Of a DNA stretch of 51,713 nucleotides, positions 50,029 through 51,713 are shown piece after piece. The position numbers and the translations under genes are program-made. Location of the stretch: positions 1 to 51,713 of the forward strand of contig JAFTLK010000395.1 in assembly GCA_017455975.1 (NCBI GenBank), in the 5' to 3' direction. The first letter of the stretch is position 1, and every line of letters begins with the position of its first letter. Origin of the DNA: Clostridia bacterium. Its GTDB lineage: Bacteria; Bacillota; Clostridia; Oscillospirales; CAG-272. The notes beneath the pieces are model-generated. The model did not search any database. It saw nothing but the letters and a program-made list of their open reading frames with translations, and had not been told where the DNA came from.

Positions 50029-50991
50029 TTACTGTCCCACCTTCGAAAGCAATTTCTTGATAAGGGCGTTAGCGCCGACCATCATGAAGAACAGGATGGT
50101 AGCGATTGCGGAGGAGTAACCGACCTCAAAACGCTGTCCACCGTAGTCTTCGAGGTGGTGCATGATCGTATGTGCGGCGTAATCGACAGACGGGAAGCCG
50201 CAGAGTGCGGTAACGATACCGCCGAAACCGAAGGAACCGGTGATCGCCATGACTGCACCGAACATCAGCTGAGGCTTCATGACGGGCAGAGTGATGTACC
50301 AGAGCTCCTGCCATCTGTTCTTGATACCGTCAACGGCAGCTGCTTCGTAAAGGCTCTTATCGACGGTCTGGAGACCTGCGATAAAGGAAAGGAATGCAGT
50401 ACCGAGGGAGGTCCAGAGTGCGACGACGATACACAGCGGCATGACATAGTCGGCATTCTGGAAGAACTGAATCGGTTCAGCAATGAAACCAAGCTGGAGC
50501 AGCCAACCGTTGACCCAACCGTAGGAGTCACCGGAGAAGAGGGTTGCCCAAATGGTATAAACCTGACCGGAAATGGAGGGTGCGTAGAAGACCAGCGTTA
50601 CGAGTGCACGGATCTTCGGAGGGAGCTCGTTGATAAACCATGCAACGAGGAACGACAGCAGGTATGAAACAGGACCTGTGATCGCTGCGAAGATGAACGT
50701 ATTCTTAACTGCGAGCAGGAAGATATCGTCATCGAGGAACAGGCGGATGTAGTTGTCAAGGAAGACAAATACCGGAGGTTCCAGCATGTTAAATGTCGTG
50801 AAGCTGAGGACAATCGACAGAACAACGGGCAGAATCGTAAAGGTAAGGAAGAGAATGTAGAACGGTGCCAGCATGACGTAACCGATATAGTTTCTCTTCA
50901 TTTCCTTGATCGTCCATTGAGCCATCGTCATGTCCTTGCGCGATACCGGCTTTTTGGATTCAGGGGTTGCAGCCGCGGTATTCTGAGACAT
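50029..50991 (-). CDS. Carbohydrate ABC permease (MalF-type)
   Basis: FVFLDNY and EAAAVDG motifs. Start at ATG 50991 after AAGGAG. Confidence 0.93.
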   Translation of the reverse strand: MSQNTAAATPESKKPVSRKDMTMAQWTIKEMKRNYIGYVMLAPFYILFLTFTILPVVLSIVLSFTTFNMLEPPVFVFLDNYIRLFLDDDIFLLAVKNTFIFAAITGPVSYLLSFLVAWFINELPPKIRALVTLVFYAPSISGQVYTIWATLFSGDSYGWVNGWLLQLGFIAEPIQFFQNADYVMPLCIVVALWTSLGTAFLSFIAGLQTVDKSLYEAAAVDGIKNRWQELWYITLPVMKPQLMFGAVMAITGSFGFGGIVTALCGFPSVDYAAHTIMHHLEDYGGQRFEVGYSSAIATILFFMMVGANALIKKLLSKVGQ

Positions 50992-51059
50992 GTGATTCAC
51001 TCCTTATTTTTCAGATTTTTGAAAACGAATTTGTTTGTGCAATTCCTTTGTGTCGGTGA

Positions 51060-51713
51060 TTATTCAGCTTCACCGGTTTCAGCAGCTGCAGCTTCTTCTG
51101 CTCTGCTTGCAAGGGTTTCACCCATTTCAAGCGTATCCAGACCGAATTCTGCTCTCTTTCTGGAGATTTCCTTGTTGATGAAGATGTACTGTGCAAGCAT
51201 CGATTCAACAGGGTCCTTATTGTCGTTGTAAGCTGCGAGGAATGCGAAGTCGACATAACGGGTAATGATGTAAGAGCCAGGATACTCGGGCGTAGCTCTG
51301 AGCTTATTGAACTGTGCCATCAGCGTTTCGAGCTCGGTGGAGGACCAGTTCATGTTCATCATTGCTTCCTTGTTCGCGGTCGGATGAATCGTACCGTTAC
51401 CGAGGAGTGCCGTGTATTCGTTACCGTATCTGGACTGTGCATCAACAGATGTGATCCAGTCGATATACTTCCAAGCGTTTTCAGGATTCTTTGCATCAGC
51501 CATCATGACAAGACCGGAAACAGCAGTCGTTGCGGTGTTGTTGATGGTACCGTCTTCCTGCTCATAACCGGGCAGCGGCATCATAGCCCAAAGGCCTCTG
51601 ATTTCGGTTGCGAATGCGTTCAGCTGCGTATACATGGTGTAGTCAGCGATACCGAGCGGCATTTCACCGGTTCTGAAACGGTTAGCAAAGTCGTAGGTCA
51701 GCGGGAACTTGTA
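51060..51713 (-). CDS. Extracellular solute-binding protein (C-terminal part; 5' end outside the window)
   Basis: The frame is open to the window edge: YKFPLTYDFANRFRTGEMPLGIADY...APEIRG-like ATEIRGLW..PLPG...AWKYIDW...PEYPGSY. Confidence 0.88.
   Translation of the reverse strand, partial: YKFPLTYDFANRFRTGEMPLGIADYTMYTQLNAFATEIRGLWAMMPLPGYEQEDGTINNTATTAVSGLVMMADAKNPENAWKYIDWITSVDAQSRYGNEYTALLGNGTIHPTANKEAMMNMNWSSTELETLMAQFNKLRATPEYPGSYIITRYVDFAFLAAYNDNKDPVESMLAQYIFINKEISRKRAEFGLDTLEMGETLASRAEEAAAAETGEAE

Overview
A 51.7-kb, moderately GC-rich stretch of chromosome from a spore-forming Clostridia-type Firmicute. The taxon is inferred from spoIVA, a CwlD-like amidase, a clostridial-type large PurL and many consensus sigma-A promoters. 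No rRNA, tRNA, CRISPR array or mobile element could be supported. From left to right: (1) 1-10983, a ROK-regulated Gram-positive glycan-utilisation locus with an aldo/keto reductase, two unassigned hydrolase-like proteins, two permease-less solute-binding lipoproteins, a phosphoesterase/beta-propeller fusion and a CE6/SASA esterase; (2) 11-31 kb, housekeeping and sporulation genes (prfB with no frameshift, pyk, spoIVA, pepD, VTC+DUF4956, radA, cwlD-like amidase, Xer recombinase, a two-component system, a YhcH-acyltransferase fusion, cca, an S1-domain protein, cyclophilin); (3) 31-41.6 kb, a GH2 beta-galactosidase, ThuA, a catalytically altered PurL, mtaB and a D,D-carboxypeptidase; (4) 41.7-51.7 kb, a seven-gene double-permease ABC module with NHL/TPR/Yip1 and DUF5696-type accessory proteins. 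Best leads: the double-permease ABC module, the PurL with lost catalytic residues, the YhcH-N-acyltransferase fusion, two candidate new carbohydrate-active enzyme families, and an 11-nt-identical sigma-E-like promoter shared by spoIVA and an S1-domain gene. All family assignments come from motif recognition by eye; no database search was run.
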